In this document: piece by piece, positions 40,326 to 52,290 of the stretch
How the letters are laid out: each line of letters starts with the position of its first letter
How positions within the stretch are numbered: the first letter of the stretch is position 1
DNA from: Camelus ferus
Taxonomy: Eukaryota
DNA: 64,000 nt
Assembly: GCF_009834535.1 (NCBI RefSeq)
Contig: NC_045696.1
Location: forward strand, 111,168,001-111,232,000
Direction of reading: 5' to 3'
Notes under the pieces: model-generated
What the model saw: only the letters and a program-made list of their open reading frames with translations
What the model was told of the DNA's origin: nothing
Database searches by the model: none
Translations under genes and position numbers: made by a program

Positions 40326-40446
40326 AAAAAAGAAAGGAAGAAAGAAAGAAGAGATTAAAAGAAAAAGAAAGAAAAGAAAAGAAAAAGAAAAGAAAAGAAA
40401 AGAAAAAGAATAGAAAAGAAAAGAAAAGAAAAGAAAGAAAAAAAGG
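40326..40446. repeat. (GAAAA)n polypurine repeat
   Basis: About 120 nt of almost pure A/G, mostly GAAAA units. Confidence 0.95.
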
Positions 40447-43400
40447 AAATCAAATTGAATTTGAAAACATACTTAGTTTTGTCAAGAATTACTCCATGCT
40501 TAAGAATGACTCACAATATTTTATTTTTTTATGCTTGTCTCCATTTTACTTCTAACAAAAGGCACAAATGCTTTTTCAAAAACTGTCTAAAAGTGTAGTG
40601 ACCCTTGTACTAGACAAGTGTTACCATAAAAAGCAGCCGAGAGAGCTTAGGATAAATTTGAAACCATAAATTTTATAAACTTAACTAATTGTTCATTTAT
40701 CTGCTTGAAAAAAAAAATCTTGTTTTCATCAGGGTGGTTCTTTTTCACTATTTATTCATTTGTTTATTTTAATTGAATTTTACAGCTACTACTATTAATT
40801 TCACCACTTTGGGAAAATACATTCCAAATCTTGAGAAGGCTGCAGACTTCATTTTTACGTACAATGGACATTTCTTACGTCATGCATTAATTCACTAAGT
40901 TTTTATAAAGAATATATAGATACATACTAGTCTGTCAGATAGAAGAGCATCAACCACTTGTAGAACACAGCTCATCAAAGCCACAATCTGAAGATAAAAT
41001 ACTAAATTTATTAATCTTATGGGTTAATCTACTTAAATCTCAAAATAGATTAAGATATTATATTTTTATTTAAAATAAAATCCATGAGGGAAAAGCATCT
41101 CAGGTTTTACTTGGTAATATCTTCTTTTTCTTTTTCCTCCTGTCCTCTTCTTCAAATTCCACAGATCCTTACTATTTGGCTTCTCCTGTTATTAAAAGTA
41201 GGTCAAGATCAGATGCTCTGGTTCTTGATGATTTTTTATATTTAAATCTCTAACCAAAACTGAGAATTTTAATTCATACGATGTATTGCATAAAAATATT
41301 TATTCCTTATATTCTGAATAAAAAGGTTTCATTTTTTCATAACCTTGTCCCAGACCATGTTGCTTAACAGTAATTGTTATTCTGTCAACAAACGCGTATT
41401 TATATGATTTAAGATAAATACACCACCAAAGAATTGTCCCAGCGGAAGTGCTGTGCGGGCCCTTTAACGCTACACCACACGGGAAAAGGGAAGTAAGTGG
41501 AGGATATGGACGACATACGTGGGGTAAGGGTACAGCTAACTCCACTATCACCCCTGCAAAGCTAGCAATTGGGAACCAGAACATCTGCCCAGGTAGAAAC
41601 GGGTTTTCCTTCATTTGGTCCCTCACAGAAGACCATTTCTCTCGGCTGCTGCCACACCTGATTTCAGTGTCACGTCCTTTATTCTCTGACACTGCTGCAA
41701 TCCGGCTAATGCAGACCCTCTGCCTCAGAAGATCACCCTTCTGGGATGACCTGATGTTTAGGGCTCTCCCTGAGGAGTGGGGCAGCTGTCTGTATTTTCT
41801 TCTCTACTTACATAAAGACAATACGTATTGCTAATGAATTCTCTAGAAAGTGAATGCTTCCCTTGAGATAACTCAGATTCAGATCAGTCAGCCCAATATG
41901 GGTGGCAAGACTGAAGAGGCAGGTAAGAGAGGAAGGGGGAAGACGGCATCTCTCAGGCACTCTCTCCTGGGCCATCTCAGCCACACCAAAGCCCTTTGTC
42001 AGCCAAGCCCCCAACCCATGCCTCACCCTCACCCCCTTCCTCCTTCACTACCCCTCCCCCATCACCGCCTGGGGGCCTCTGGCCTGGCCTGTCACAGCAT
42101 CAGGGATAGAAATCCTGTTCCAGGTGACAGAAAAGGCAACAAGTCTCCACCATCTGCCTGGAACTCCCACCCACCCTGCCACGATGTGATTCTGAGAAAC
42201 AGGCTTTTCGAAGTTCTCCCCCTCTGCGTTTCCTCTAGCTGACTTTTTGTTGGTTCAACTCCGGGGTGGGGGGGGGACATGTAGTACTGTGGCTACAGAG
42301 ACAAGACAGAGAACGTTCTTAGAAATCAGAATTCTGTCCTACGAGAATGCCTAGGGGCACATGGAATCCCTAAACTGCCAGACCAAGTCTCCCCTGCAAA
42401 GGGGCTCAGTGAGCGAGATGGTAAAGAACTATCATTCCCCTTTCTGAGCCCCAAGTATGTCTACTTAGAAAGATGTTGGCTTATCTCAGATTTATATCAG
42501 CCTAAACTTTAACCCAACGGTCAGAAGCCAGAAGAAATAATCCCAAATCATTTCATTGTATTCAAAAGGATTTTTCCCTCTGACGCAGTACATTTTTTCT
42601 GATTTTCACAAATGCTTGGGGGTGGGGCAGGACAGCGCCTCTCCACTTGACAGGGGGACTTGGCTGAAATGGTTCAGAATCCATTTCATTTCATTTAGAA
42701 TAATCTAAAGGGTTGCACAGTTAATTTTTTATTCGAAGGTTTATAAATATTCTGCTGTAATTTTTTTCAAAAGAGGCACATACTTGTGGTGGTTCATCCA
42801 CTGTATGATCGTCACCTTTTCTGGTTATGCTGAACAAGGCATTTATGAAAAATGAGCAAAATCGTCTACTTTTTTAAATAAACAAGTTTTTCCCTAATTA
42901 ATTTTCCCTAATTAATTTTAAGAGCCTGAAAAGAAGCCACAGTGAACATAATCCATTTTTGCATAAATATTGGTTTTTTTGACCAAGGGTCAGAAGACAG
43001 TGGTTCTAGCACTAGTGATGCTAGGAACACAGAGTGGCCTTGAGCACATCACTCAGTCTCCTCCCCACTTCTGGATTGGAAGGGGTGATATCTGAGATCA
43101 CTCTAGCTCTAATAGTCTGTGATTCAGTCACTAGAAAGAGATGCATTTGCAGAATAGTTTCCACAGTTTCTGTCCTAGGAGCACATCTCTGCTCACATTC
43201 GGATCCCCTCTTTCATTTCTCCTCACATTTAAAAAGGGAATGTCCACGAAAAGATTCAGAACAGAAGTCCAATGACAGCTGCCAGTTCCCTAAATCTGCT
43301 CCCAGTCCCAGGACCCCATCCTCCCTAGGTGCACCCCATCGGGCTCTAAGCAGGGGAAATATGCACCATCAGTCTCCCCATTTCCACAGCCACAGGGGCT

Positions 43401-43539
43401 CCCAGGCAAGGACTGGCACTGACAGCATGCCCCCGGGGTTTCTCATTTGTCACCCACCCTTCCTGTGGACAAAGGATCTCTGGTACCAAGTGGGGTTGAA
43501 AGCATGGGACACATCACTTCTCTATCCACAAGTCCCACC

Positions 43540-43720
43540 ACTGATTGGTTGGATGACAATGAGCAAACAAATTAATTTCTCCATGGTTTAGTTTCCTTAC
43601 CAACAAAATGGGAAAAATAATTGTCTTCCAGGGTTGTCATAAGGATTAAAACCCAAATTGCACGTGAAACATCTATTGCCTGCACAAAGTAAGAGCTCAG
43701 TAAATGCCAGGGCTGACTAC
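43540..43720 (+). mobile_element. MIR SINE
   Basis: tttagtttccttaccaacaaaatggg..agggttgtcataaggattaaa..agagctcagtaaatg. Confidence 0.7.
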
Positions 43721-46205
43721 TATCATGACTACCTGCCTCCCCGGAACAGCTCAGCAACCTGACAAAACACCATGGTGTGCATTTGAAGTCTTGCTTCAAG
43801 AGTTGCCAAGGGACATGTTCCAACCTGTTTCTACAAGCAAAGAGAACCAGCCTGAGCACAGAACCAAGCAATAAGCATCCAGAAAGAACCTGGCCTTGGG
43901 GCGCCAAAAGTTCAACGTGGCGGAGTAAAGAATTTAATTCTGGAATCCTACCTCAGTTATCCAGGTAATTCAGAAGCCAAAGCTCTATCCCCCTCCACGC
44001 CTGGCCTTGCGCTCAGGAGCTGCACCCAAGCCTGTCCCAAGGGAATCCCCGTTCCCTCCTTGGGGCTCTGAAGCTGGCGGTGGGGAGGCAGGGAGCTCGC
44101 TGCTTCAGGGGTGGCCCGGAGGGGAGTGACTCAACTCAGGATTCCTTCTGGAGCCCTGGCCAGTCGACGTCTCTTTCAGAAGGGTCTGGCCAAGGCGGCA
44201 GGCCCAGAAAATGGGACTGCGCTGTGCTCCGCTTTCTCCCAGCTCTGGTCCAGAGAGCCGGGGATGTTGTCTGCAGGGCAACCGCAGAGACGGTTTGCGG
44301 CCCTAAAAGCCTGCACGTGGGAGATCTGAACAGGGAAGTCCAGGGCGTTTTGCAGGGATCCGGGCCCACGCAACCCCCAAATTCCTCTTCTCTGGAGCCT
44401 GTAGGATTGGATTCTCAGCTCAAGGCACCACTTTGGGAGGGGCGTGCGCCTTCTCAGACAGAGAAGGGTTAAATGAGGTGCTTCCAGGCCTGTGACAGCC
44501 CAGTGTGTCCCCCAGCAGGATAAATGGAGCCCGGGGACTGCCCCTTCTTCGCCATAGCAGGCGAGGTCCCCTCGCATAAATGGCCTTCCTTTCCAGGTTG
44601 CTGGGGTGCAAAGGAGGAAAGCGCCTAGCCTTCTGGCATCCGCCAAACCGTCTCTAACAGCCGAAAGGATATACCTGGGGGCCGAGAGGTGGACGGACCC
44701 ACTTCTGCCCGGGGCTCCGGGTCTGGGAGCCGGGCCTCCCGTCACCCGATGCTCACACCCCCTTGGCCCTGCGTTTCGCTGCACGCCCTCCAGGTCTGCG
44801 CTCCCGAGCCTCCCCGGCGGCTCGGGGCTCCCCCCACTCCCTTGCTCCGCCCAGGTGCGTTGTGCAGAGGGGCGGCGGAGGGGGGGGGGGTGGCTCCCAC
44901 TGCAGCCTCCGCCCCTGCGCTCTCCTCCAACCGGTTGGGACACCGGTTTACTCGCCAGGCGCTGGGAACTCCCCCCTACCCGGCACACAAGCCTCTTCCT
45001 CGAGTCCCGGAATCCCCTTCCCACCCTGCGGCTGTGGAAACATCCCTGACTCCCGAGCTCCTGGCAGGGAAGGTGGGTCTGCCGACCCGGTTGCGGAGGT
45101 GGAGGGGTATAGAAGCGGGTGTGGGGGAAACAAGGGAACCCTGGTCCTCTTCCAGCTAGGAAAAGCTTCCCTGGTCCATGACCTGACCACTCAATCGCCG
45201 CCCAAGACGCCAACGTACTCTGAATCGAGCAGTTTGTTTCCCCTGGAGAAGAAGATCGCCCCATCCCAGGCACCCAGAAGCCTGCCTTCCCCAGTCCCCC
45301 TGGGCCCCAGCATTCCGGGGCTCCAATCTGCCTCTCTGCGCCTCCCCAGGTGCCCAACCCTTCCCCCATCTCTATTTACACACCCGGGCCAGCGCCCTCC
45401 AGACTCAAATTCCTTTTCCTCCGCGTCAGAAGACGGCTCTGGGCTGGCCCCTCGCCCACTTTAGCAGAGCCTTTTGGTCCCCCCTCAACCAGATCTATCC
45501 CCACCCTCAGCTTCCTCCCCCACCCCACCAGCAACCTTTCCCTCACCAAACCACTTACTTCACCCACCCGGATCTGCACTTGCCTTCCCACGGCGCACAG
45601 CCGCAAGCCACTCCAAGGGTTTCATTACCGAGTTGGGGGTGGCCTACGTAAGAACCGACCGACTCCCGCCGCGCTGGACAGAGCCCCAGGGGTGGGGACA
45701 GCCTTCCCCCTTGTCCCACCTATCTTATTTCACCATCTCGGCTCCTACCCAACCCCTACAGGCAGGATAAGCACTGCTGGGTCCCAAACCCTCGCCTCTC
45801 TAGCGGGAGCTGCAGGGAGTGAAAAGTCGACTGGCAAGAACACACAGTGAGAAATGGGCAGATGCATACGGCAAAAGAGGGGGGGTGGGTACTGGGGGAA
45901 GGGAGCAAACGAAAAGTAGACGTGCAACTTGCACCGCACTGGGTGAGCACCGCGCAGGGAGGGGGCACAAAAGTTTGCAGACTATTGCACTGCAGCCAAG
46001 CTGCACGCCAGCAAAGCGGGTGGACCCCCGCCCTCGCCAGGAGGGATCTCTCCAAGGATCTACTCCGGGGAAACAGGGGGATTGGATACGGCTCAGAAAT
46101 GGGGTGATAGTTCTCCTCTGCCTGTTCTGGGAAGGGTGCCCTAGGCATCCGGGCAGAGGGGACGATACCGCGCTTTGCGAAAAGCAACAGGCGTCTGCAC
46201 CTTAC

Positions 46206-46240
46206 CTTGCGCCAGTCCCGGGCCGGGGTGCCTGCTCCAT
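46206..46240 (-). CDS. Candidate first coding segment or uORF start, MEQAPRPGTGA plus 2 nt (phase 2)
   Basis: ATG at 46240-46238 in context cacgAGGATGG (A at -3, G at +4), 35 nt before the donor. The peptide is not recognised. Confidence 0.35.
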
Positions 46241-46750
46241 CCTCGTGGCGCAGGGATGAGGCGTGGGGTGCGTCTGCCTGGCGCCCTGTGTGCGCTGCCA
46301 GACCCGCAGCGGCCGCTATCCCCACCCGACTACTAGCTGGGCTGCCTGCCTCGGAGCGGGCCGGCCGGGTGGGCTAGTTCCCCGGCCGCGGCGGCCGCGG
46401 CGTTGCTTCGCGGCGGCTGGAGCGCCGGACGCCGGCGGTGCGTGGCCAGGCTGGCGTCCTCCGGCGCCTCCACCGAGCGAGGGCGCGGCCCCGCGCGGCC
46501 GCGCGAGGCACCGCTTGGCTCCCGCTGCTGCGGCGGCCGCTGCAGACCTTGCGCCGGGCCCCGGAGCCTTGCAGGAGGAGGAGACAAAGACCGGAGGGAG
46601 GCGAAGCGCCGCTCGCCCAGATACGTTCGGCTCAGTCACTAGAGGGGAATCGCCTCCAAACCCGGGCCGGGGAGGAGGGAGGAGGAGCGAGGAGGCTGGA
46701 GACTGGAAAAGCAGCAGGGAACGAACGTGACCGCCAGAGCCCGGCTACTG
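46206..46750 (-). other. Exon 1 of an unidentified minus-strand gene (TSS approximate)
   Basis: Consensus donor GCAAG|GTAAGG at 46206/46205 at the edge of the CpG core, with GC boxes on the high-coordinate side. The 5' boundary is inferred only. Confidence 0.7.
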
Positions 46751-48449
46751 CCTCGCGGGCGCGGCCCTCACGCCTCCCGGGTGGGGGGTCCGGAATGGAG
46801 AGAGGGGGCGGGGGCTGAGCGATTGCTGCAGGAGGAGGTGAGCCGAGGTGGGACTGTTAGCTCTCCCTGCCGCCCTCGCCCTCCTTCCTCCCAACCCCTC
46901 GCATAGCTCCACTCTCAGGATGCTATGGCCCGATTCTTTCTCCTGTTTTTCTAACTATTGAAATCAGAGCTGAAATTTCGCTGACAGAAGAAGCACAACG
47001 TGGTGTTGAGTTGATTTGATTGTCCTCTAATGGACAGTCAGACGCCAGTGCATTTAAGGCGATTGCATAAAATCCATTCCATACACGATAACCTACTGGG
47101 GGCCAAGTATTGCACTAGGTTGCATTTCGGGAAGGTGGAAAGGTGGGATGTCCCTCGCCCCCAGTACTCCAAGATTAGATCCCAGAATGGTCCCCTGCAG
47201 TTCTGAAGCCCAAAGTTTTGGGGTTGATTTCTGGGCCCTGGTCCCTACCCCCAACCCGTCGTTTCCCAAAGCAGAATATGTTAGAAATTTCAGTTTTTCC
47301 TTCCCTTTCCAGGGATGACTTTGAATGTGCAGCCGAAATAGAGCCTATCTGTCCCTTAAGAAAGTATGTGTAAAATTAAAGCAAATTGTCTTAATAATGC
47401 TAGTATTCCATGATTTAAATTATTCATCACATATGCACCAAATAAAAGGGGGCGTTCCGAGGACCCTGCTTCCTAGTGTCTTCGATTACCACCCAAATAC
47501 CACCTTCTTTCACACGCCTAGCCTCATCCTCACCCCAGGCAGAATTAATCTTTGCCTGCTCTTTGCTTTCACAGTTGTGTTTGGCAATCACTTGCAGAAT
47601 TTACATTTTTATAGTTTTTTTTTTTTTATAGATTTCTATTGCTTCACTTACCTGCATTACTTTTCTTGCCCCCACCAATTTCCACTGCAATATCCAGCAA
47701 TGTTTTGCATCTAAAGGGCATGGTACTTAAGGAAAGCTTAACCAGTGGAAGGTCACTTTCTCCTTCAAACATAGCTAAATCCCAGTGTCTCTAGAATTAA
47801 AGGAACTCGGGGTTAAAGTTTTTGAGTTTAGGGGGAAGAGAAGCCACAAAAAGTTAAATTCACAGACCCTACGACCTAGAAATGTAAAATCATTTAATTC
47901 ATTTTTGTTTCTGAACAATCTGCTCCCACCGACCACCCCACCTCTGTGTGCTGAATTCCCAGAGGCAAAGAACACCAAGCTGTTGCACAGCTGCATAGAG
48001 CAAGAGATATGTGTTCAGCTTCCAACACTTAAAGCAAACCCACTTCAGGTGGAGAAGGACCAGAAAATCTTTATCATTTTGTGACCTGTGTCAAGTATGT
48101 TGAAAGCCTGCCAGGATTGCCTCATTTCCGACGGGGCTCTCTGATTCTGGATGCATTTTAGAACTGTTTGAGCAGGATTGCACTGCTGAGAGTCTGAGTT
48201 TTATGGTTTAGGGCTATCTTAAATTGTTCTTTATTTTCTGTCCCCACTTTCTATGAATTATAGCACAGATACTCCAGATCAGGAATGCGCCATGAAAAAG
48301 GTCCATAATGTGTAGGAGATTAGAAAGAAATGACTCCAAAGGTATCTTCTATTTCTAAGATGATACTGTGATTGGAAAAGTAGTTTGAAGTTTTGTGTAT
48401 TTATTTTGTTTTGGTTTTGTTTTGTAAATGAGGTCGCAGGTACATATGG

Positions 48450-48750
48450 ATGGCAGATGTGTAATTTGTTATAATTTTTCTGAAGGGAAATTTGGCATTA
48501 CTGCTGAAAGAGTAAGATGTTTGCATGACATTGTCCCGATGACTCTATTTCTAGAAATTCATCCTCAGGAAATAATTAAGGATCTACAACAAGTTTTATC
48601 TACAAGGATATTTATTGCTGTTTCGTTTATATTAGTAGAAAACTAAAAACAAACAAAACCAAATTCAAATGTCTAACAAGAGAGGAATGGTGAAATATTT
48701 TGAAAAAGTGTAAGTAAGATACTAGTCAGTCATTAAACTGTTGTTGTAAA
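48450..48750 (+). mobile_element. Degenerate L1ME-like fragment
   Basis: actctatttctagaaattcatcctcaggaaataatt and tacaaggatatttattgctg. Confidence 0.6.
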
Positions 48751-48844
48751 TAGACAGGTGAATATCATCATGAATCATGGTTATAATATAATTTTATTGA
48801 AAAACTCTGCTGCATGAGATGAGAGAATAGTGAAAATTAAAATC

Positions 48845-49025
48845 TGAAATTGACAGATCTCGGTTTGGAGCCAGACATTTCTGCTGCTACCTGCGATCTT
48901 GACCTCCAATACCTCAGTTGTATAATTGGGTTTATATTATTTACCTCATAGTGGTGGTGTGCTTTAAATGAAATAGTATTTATGAAGAACTTAATACAGT
49001 GCCTAAGGCATAGTAAAATCTCAAC
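48845..49025 (+). mobile_element. MIR SINE
   Basis: cctcagttgtataattggg..tttacctcatag..acttaatacagtgcctaaggcatagtaa. Confidence 0.6.
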
Positions 49026-49131
49026 ATGTTTTTCTTTGGACAATCATTAAATGTTTAAAGATGAGTTTGAGGTATAATACACTTTTGGTTACATATATGT
49101 ATTTAGATTCATGTCTAGAGTGATATGCACT

Positions 49132-49176
49132 CCGGTATTAACAGGGATAAACAGTGTTTATCCCTGTTAATACTGG
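49132..49176. repeat. Near-perfect inverted repeat, 22-bp arms with a 1-nt spacer
   Basis: ccggtattaacagggataaaca-g-tgtttatccctgttaatactgg. The inner 19 bp are perfect, with one mismatch at 49134/49174. Confidence 0.95.
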
Positions 49177-50009
49177 GATTATGGTTTCTTTTTAAAAATT
49201 CATGTAGTAATCAAAAGCAGTGGAATTAGTTTTGCTTTAATTAAAACAAACAGTTTCTAACTGTGGACACGGGAAATCTCTAGACTAGGATGCTTTCTGC
49301 TCTAGTTGATTCACGTAATCAACAAGACTTGCTGACTATTGGTGTCACCCATGCTATAAAAAGGATAAATGACAGGGCATGGAGTTTGTCACCTTCGATA
49401 TAAACTTAGATTTGTTTTGTAGCAACCAGGAGTCAAGTCCAGCTCAGCAAAATATGCTATTAAATATGGAGAGCTGATTGGTTGCTAGCCCTGCCTTGTC
49501 TTGAGGGCCAATTAAAAAAAGAAGGGGCAAGAGAAGGGATCAGAAGCTGTACTTTAACTTTTGATTAATGAATTAGAGAAGAAGGCCTAGCACTGAAGGG
49601 CCATGAAGGTCCATGACCTTCACATTTACAGTAGTGACCCCTCTGGGCTAGAGGTGGCGCTTTGGTAAAACTTGTCCGTGTATATTACAAATGTTACAGA
49701 AATATGAAGGCAAATATCATTTACTGGTGGTTTCAGTTTGACATTTTTAGAAATAGGGATCAATTGTTTTAAAATCAATGTTTCAGTAATTTTGCATGTA
49801 AAGGAAATTCCTTGACTTTTGAATGGCAGTCTCCCTTTGAGACCCTCAACAGAAATGGAAATGCACTTTTCTGAGCCTTTCTGAAATCTGAATAGTTGCC
49901 GTGCCTAAAACTCTGCTGTCTAGTGAATGAAGGGGAAACCAAAGCAAAAAGAGTTATTGTCATGAAATCTTTGCGGAAGGTGTTCCAATTAACTATCTTT
50001 TAATAAATG

Positions 50010-50330
50010 AACCAGCCTAGAACTTGGCTTCAAATAACAATCTTTTGTTATCCTGAATCTGGAATTTGGACAAGGCTCAGGGAGGAAGGCTCACTTTTGG
50101 CCCATGCAGTGTCAGCTTAGGCCCACTGAACTCGGAACCGAAAGTTTTGCTTCCCAAATGGCTCACTCATGTGTCTGGAAGGCTGCGCCAGGCTCTTGGC
50201 ATTCAACAGGGGCTAGGGCCAGGGCCCACATTTTCTCTCCATGTTGACCTCTCCACGTGTGTCCCTCCACAGTTTCTCATAAATTTCCTCATGTCATGGC
50301 AATTTGGTTCAGACAGCCCCAAGAGGAATC
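50010..50330 (-). mobile_element. MaLR LTR (MLT1F/H-like)
   Basis: ggaatttggacaaggctcag, cttcccaaatggctcactcatgtgtctgg and tctccatgttgacctctccac. Confidence 0.6.
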
Positions 50331-50544
50331 AGACCTTCCCTGGATAATGAAAACCTGAACGAAGTGTTGCCCATTATACAGACAATCCAGTCTTCATCAA
50401 TATTACAAATTTTAGTCCAGAGCTCACCAGGTAAAGCAAACTATTGAACTAGCTAATCATATGACTGATTTAGGCAACGGGATCAAATTTTCTTCCATTT
50501 TTTGAGATTATATATTTTGTTAAAAATTGGAGGACTAGCTAAGA

Positions 50545-51020
50545 GTATAAATTGGTACAGCCACTATAGAAAATAGTATGGAGATTCCTAAAAAAAAAAT
50601 TAAAAATAGAGCTACCATATGATCCAGTAATCCCACTTCTGGGTATTTATTTGAAGAAAACAAAAATCATGGTCTTCAAAAGATATCTACACCACCACAT
50701 CCTCTGTGGCATTATTTATAATAAGCAAGATTTGGAAACAACTGAAGTGTCTGTCAACAGAAGAATAGATAAAGAAAATGTAGTGTATGTATGCACAATG
50801 GAATATTATTCTGCTATAAAAAAAGAAGGAGATCCTGCCATTTGTGACAACATGGATGGACCTCAAGGGCATTATGTTAAGTGAAATAAGTTACCAGAGA
50901 AAGACAGTGTTTGAGCTCACTCATATGTGGAATCCAAAAAAAAAAAAACCTAATTCATAGATACATAGAACAGATTGGTATTTGACAGAGGTAAGGGTTG
51001 GTGGGATGGGAGAAATGAGT
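50545..51020 (+). mobile_element. L1 ORF2 end and 3' UTR start (older L1MA-like)
   Basis: aaaatagagctaccatatgatccagtaatcccacttctgggtattta and ctgccatttgtgacaacatggatggacctcaagggcattatg. Confidence 0.9.
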
Positions 51021-51129
51021 TTATTATTTAATGCAAAACAAATTTAAGGCTAGCATTTAAAAGAAATGTAAATGAATCCATAGTAATTTCTATATTTATA
51101 TTTTAATTTTAATGATGACTCCACATAGG

Positions 51130-51410
51130 GAAAGACCAAATTCCTAATTTTGATGAGCCTCTGCAATTTAACTTTCTCCCAGCCCTTTCTCATAACCTCC
51201 TCTAGCATCTCATGTTTACTTATTCTATCTGGGACATACATTTTGATTTGTGTTAGAGTACCTGTTGACAAGTTTACCTCCCCTACTAGACTGCAAGTTC
51301 CTTGAGAGCAAAGACTTTATTTCAGTTAGTTTATGCCCCCCAAACCCTAAGACCAGAGCCATGCACGGATTGGGTGCTTGATACACACTTATGGCAAAGA
51401 TGAATAATTT
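51130..51410 (+). mobile_element. L2 3' end
   Basis: ctcccctactagactgcaagttccttgagagcaaagact. Confidence 0.65.
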
Positions 51411-51949
51411 AACACCCCTTGCCTTTCCAACTCCATCATTCTATCTCCAGAATGGCAATACTGCTCGTGAGCTGCTCCACAGGGGAGCTAATTAATTCTC
51501 TCAAACTGGAAAATGTTTTCAAGTTCCATAGTCCTTTGGAAGCACTCAAGAACAGTAATCTGTGCAATAAAGACATTATTATTACTTCCCTGACACATAA
51601 ATGGTGAGTAATCTCTTTTTAATGTGTTTGTTTTGAACATACTAGACCAATTTGCAGGAAGTAATGTATTGTTGGCTCATTTCTGCTGATGGACACCTTG
51701 TGTGGACTAAGTAAGTGGTGGCCTCTTCTAGCTCTGTTGTTTGTTCATTTCTCCGGCTTTCAGACCTCCTGCTTCTATATGCTTCCTGCCAGAAAGGTGG
51801 CCATGCTGTAAGAATCAGCCTTCTGGGGGTTCTATGTCTCGACAGGTAGTTTGGGCACCTCTGGGATGCTAGGGGTACCCTCTTAATCCCCCAGCCCTAT
51901 AATTACTATGAGAAATGTCATGCAACTACAAAGCTGATGACCCAATAGA

Positions 51950-52290
51950 GAATCCTTGTCCCAAGGTGGAATTATCAGAAGTTTGGACCAGAAAACTGGG
52001 AGGGTTGGGTTGGTATCTCTGGCGGCTAACGCGACATGATGTAAATCGTGGAAGCCATGGGCAGGAACGCTGTCTGCCAGGCGGAGGAAGCCACCCTGCA
52101 GTGTGAGATGGAGCTGCCGCACAGGGACGGGTGTGGGAGGGAAAGCAGCTGAGTCCCTGGCTCCAGCTGTTGGGAGGGCCGGCCACAGCTTCTTATCCAT
52201 CCTCCCTTTTCAATAAACTTGCCTCTTTGCTTAAACTAGTTCAAATTTGGTTGCTATCACCTGGGACCAAAAAATTTCCAACTAATGTAA
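51950..52290 (+). mobile_element. Old MaLR LTR fragment (MLT1L/M-like)
   Basis: gagtccctggctccagctg and caataaacttgcctctttgcttaaactagttcaaatttggttgctatcac. Confidence 0.55.

Larger units (their letters stand above)
44000..46900. promoter_or_regulatory. CpG island promoter region, densest at 46200-46850
   Basis: Sharp rise in GC and CpG content, several GCGGCCGC sites and no interspersed repeats. GC box GGGGCGGGG at 46805-46813. No TATA box seen. Confidence 0.9.

Noticed and set aside
44176..45369. 397-aa minus-strand ORF and the many overlapping ORFs at 44-46.8 kb
   Set aside because: Stop codons are scarce in GC-rich DNA. The products are low-complexity G/P/R/A-rich, open in several frames at once, and show no recognisable domain.
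49141..49162. Resemblance of the palindrome core (agggataaacag) to the I-SceI site
   Set aside because: Only a partial match with an indel, and there is no engineered context.
49647..49661. CTCF-like motif gctagaggtggcgct
   Set aside because: The 3' half fits but the 5' CCASY portion does not. It cannot be supported without a matrix score or ChIP data.
50651..50884. ORF with an L1 ORF2-like peptide (TMEYYSAIKK)
   Set aside because: A frameshifted remnant of an old L1, not a host gene.
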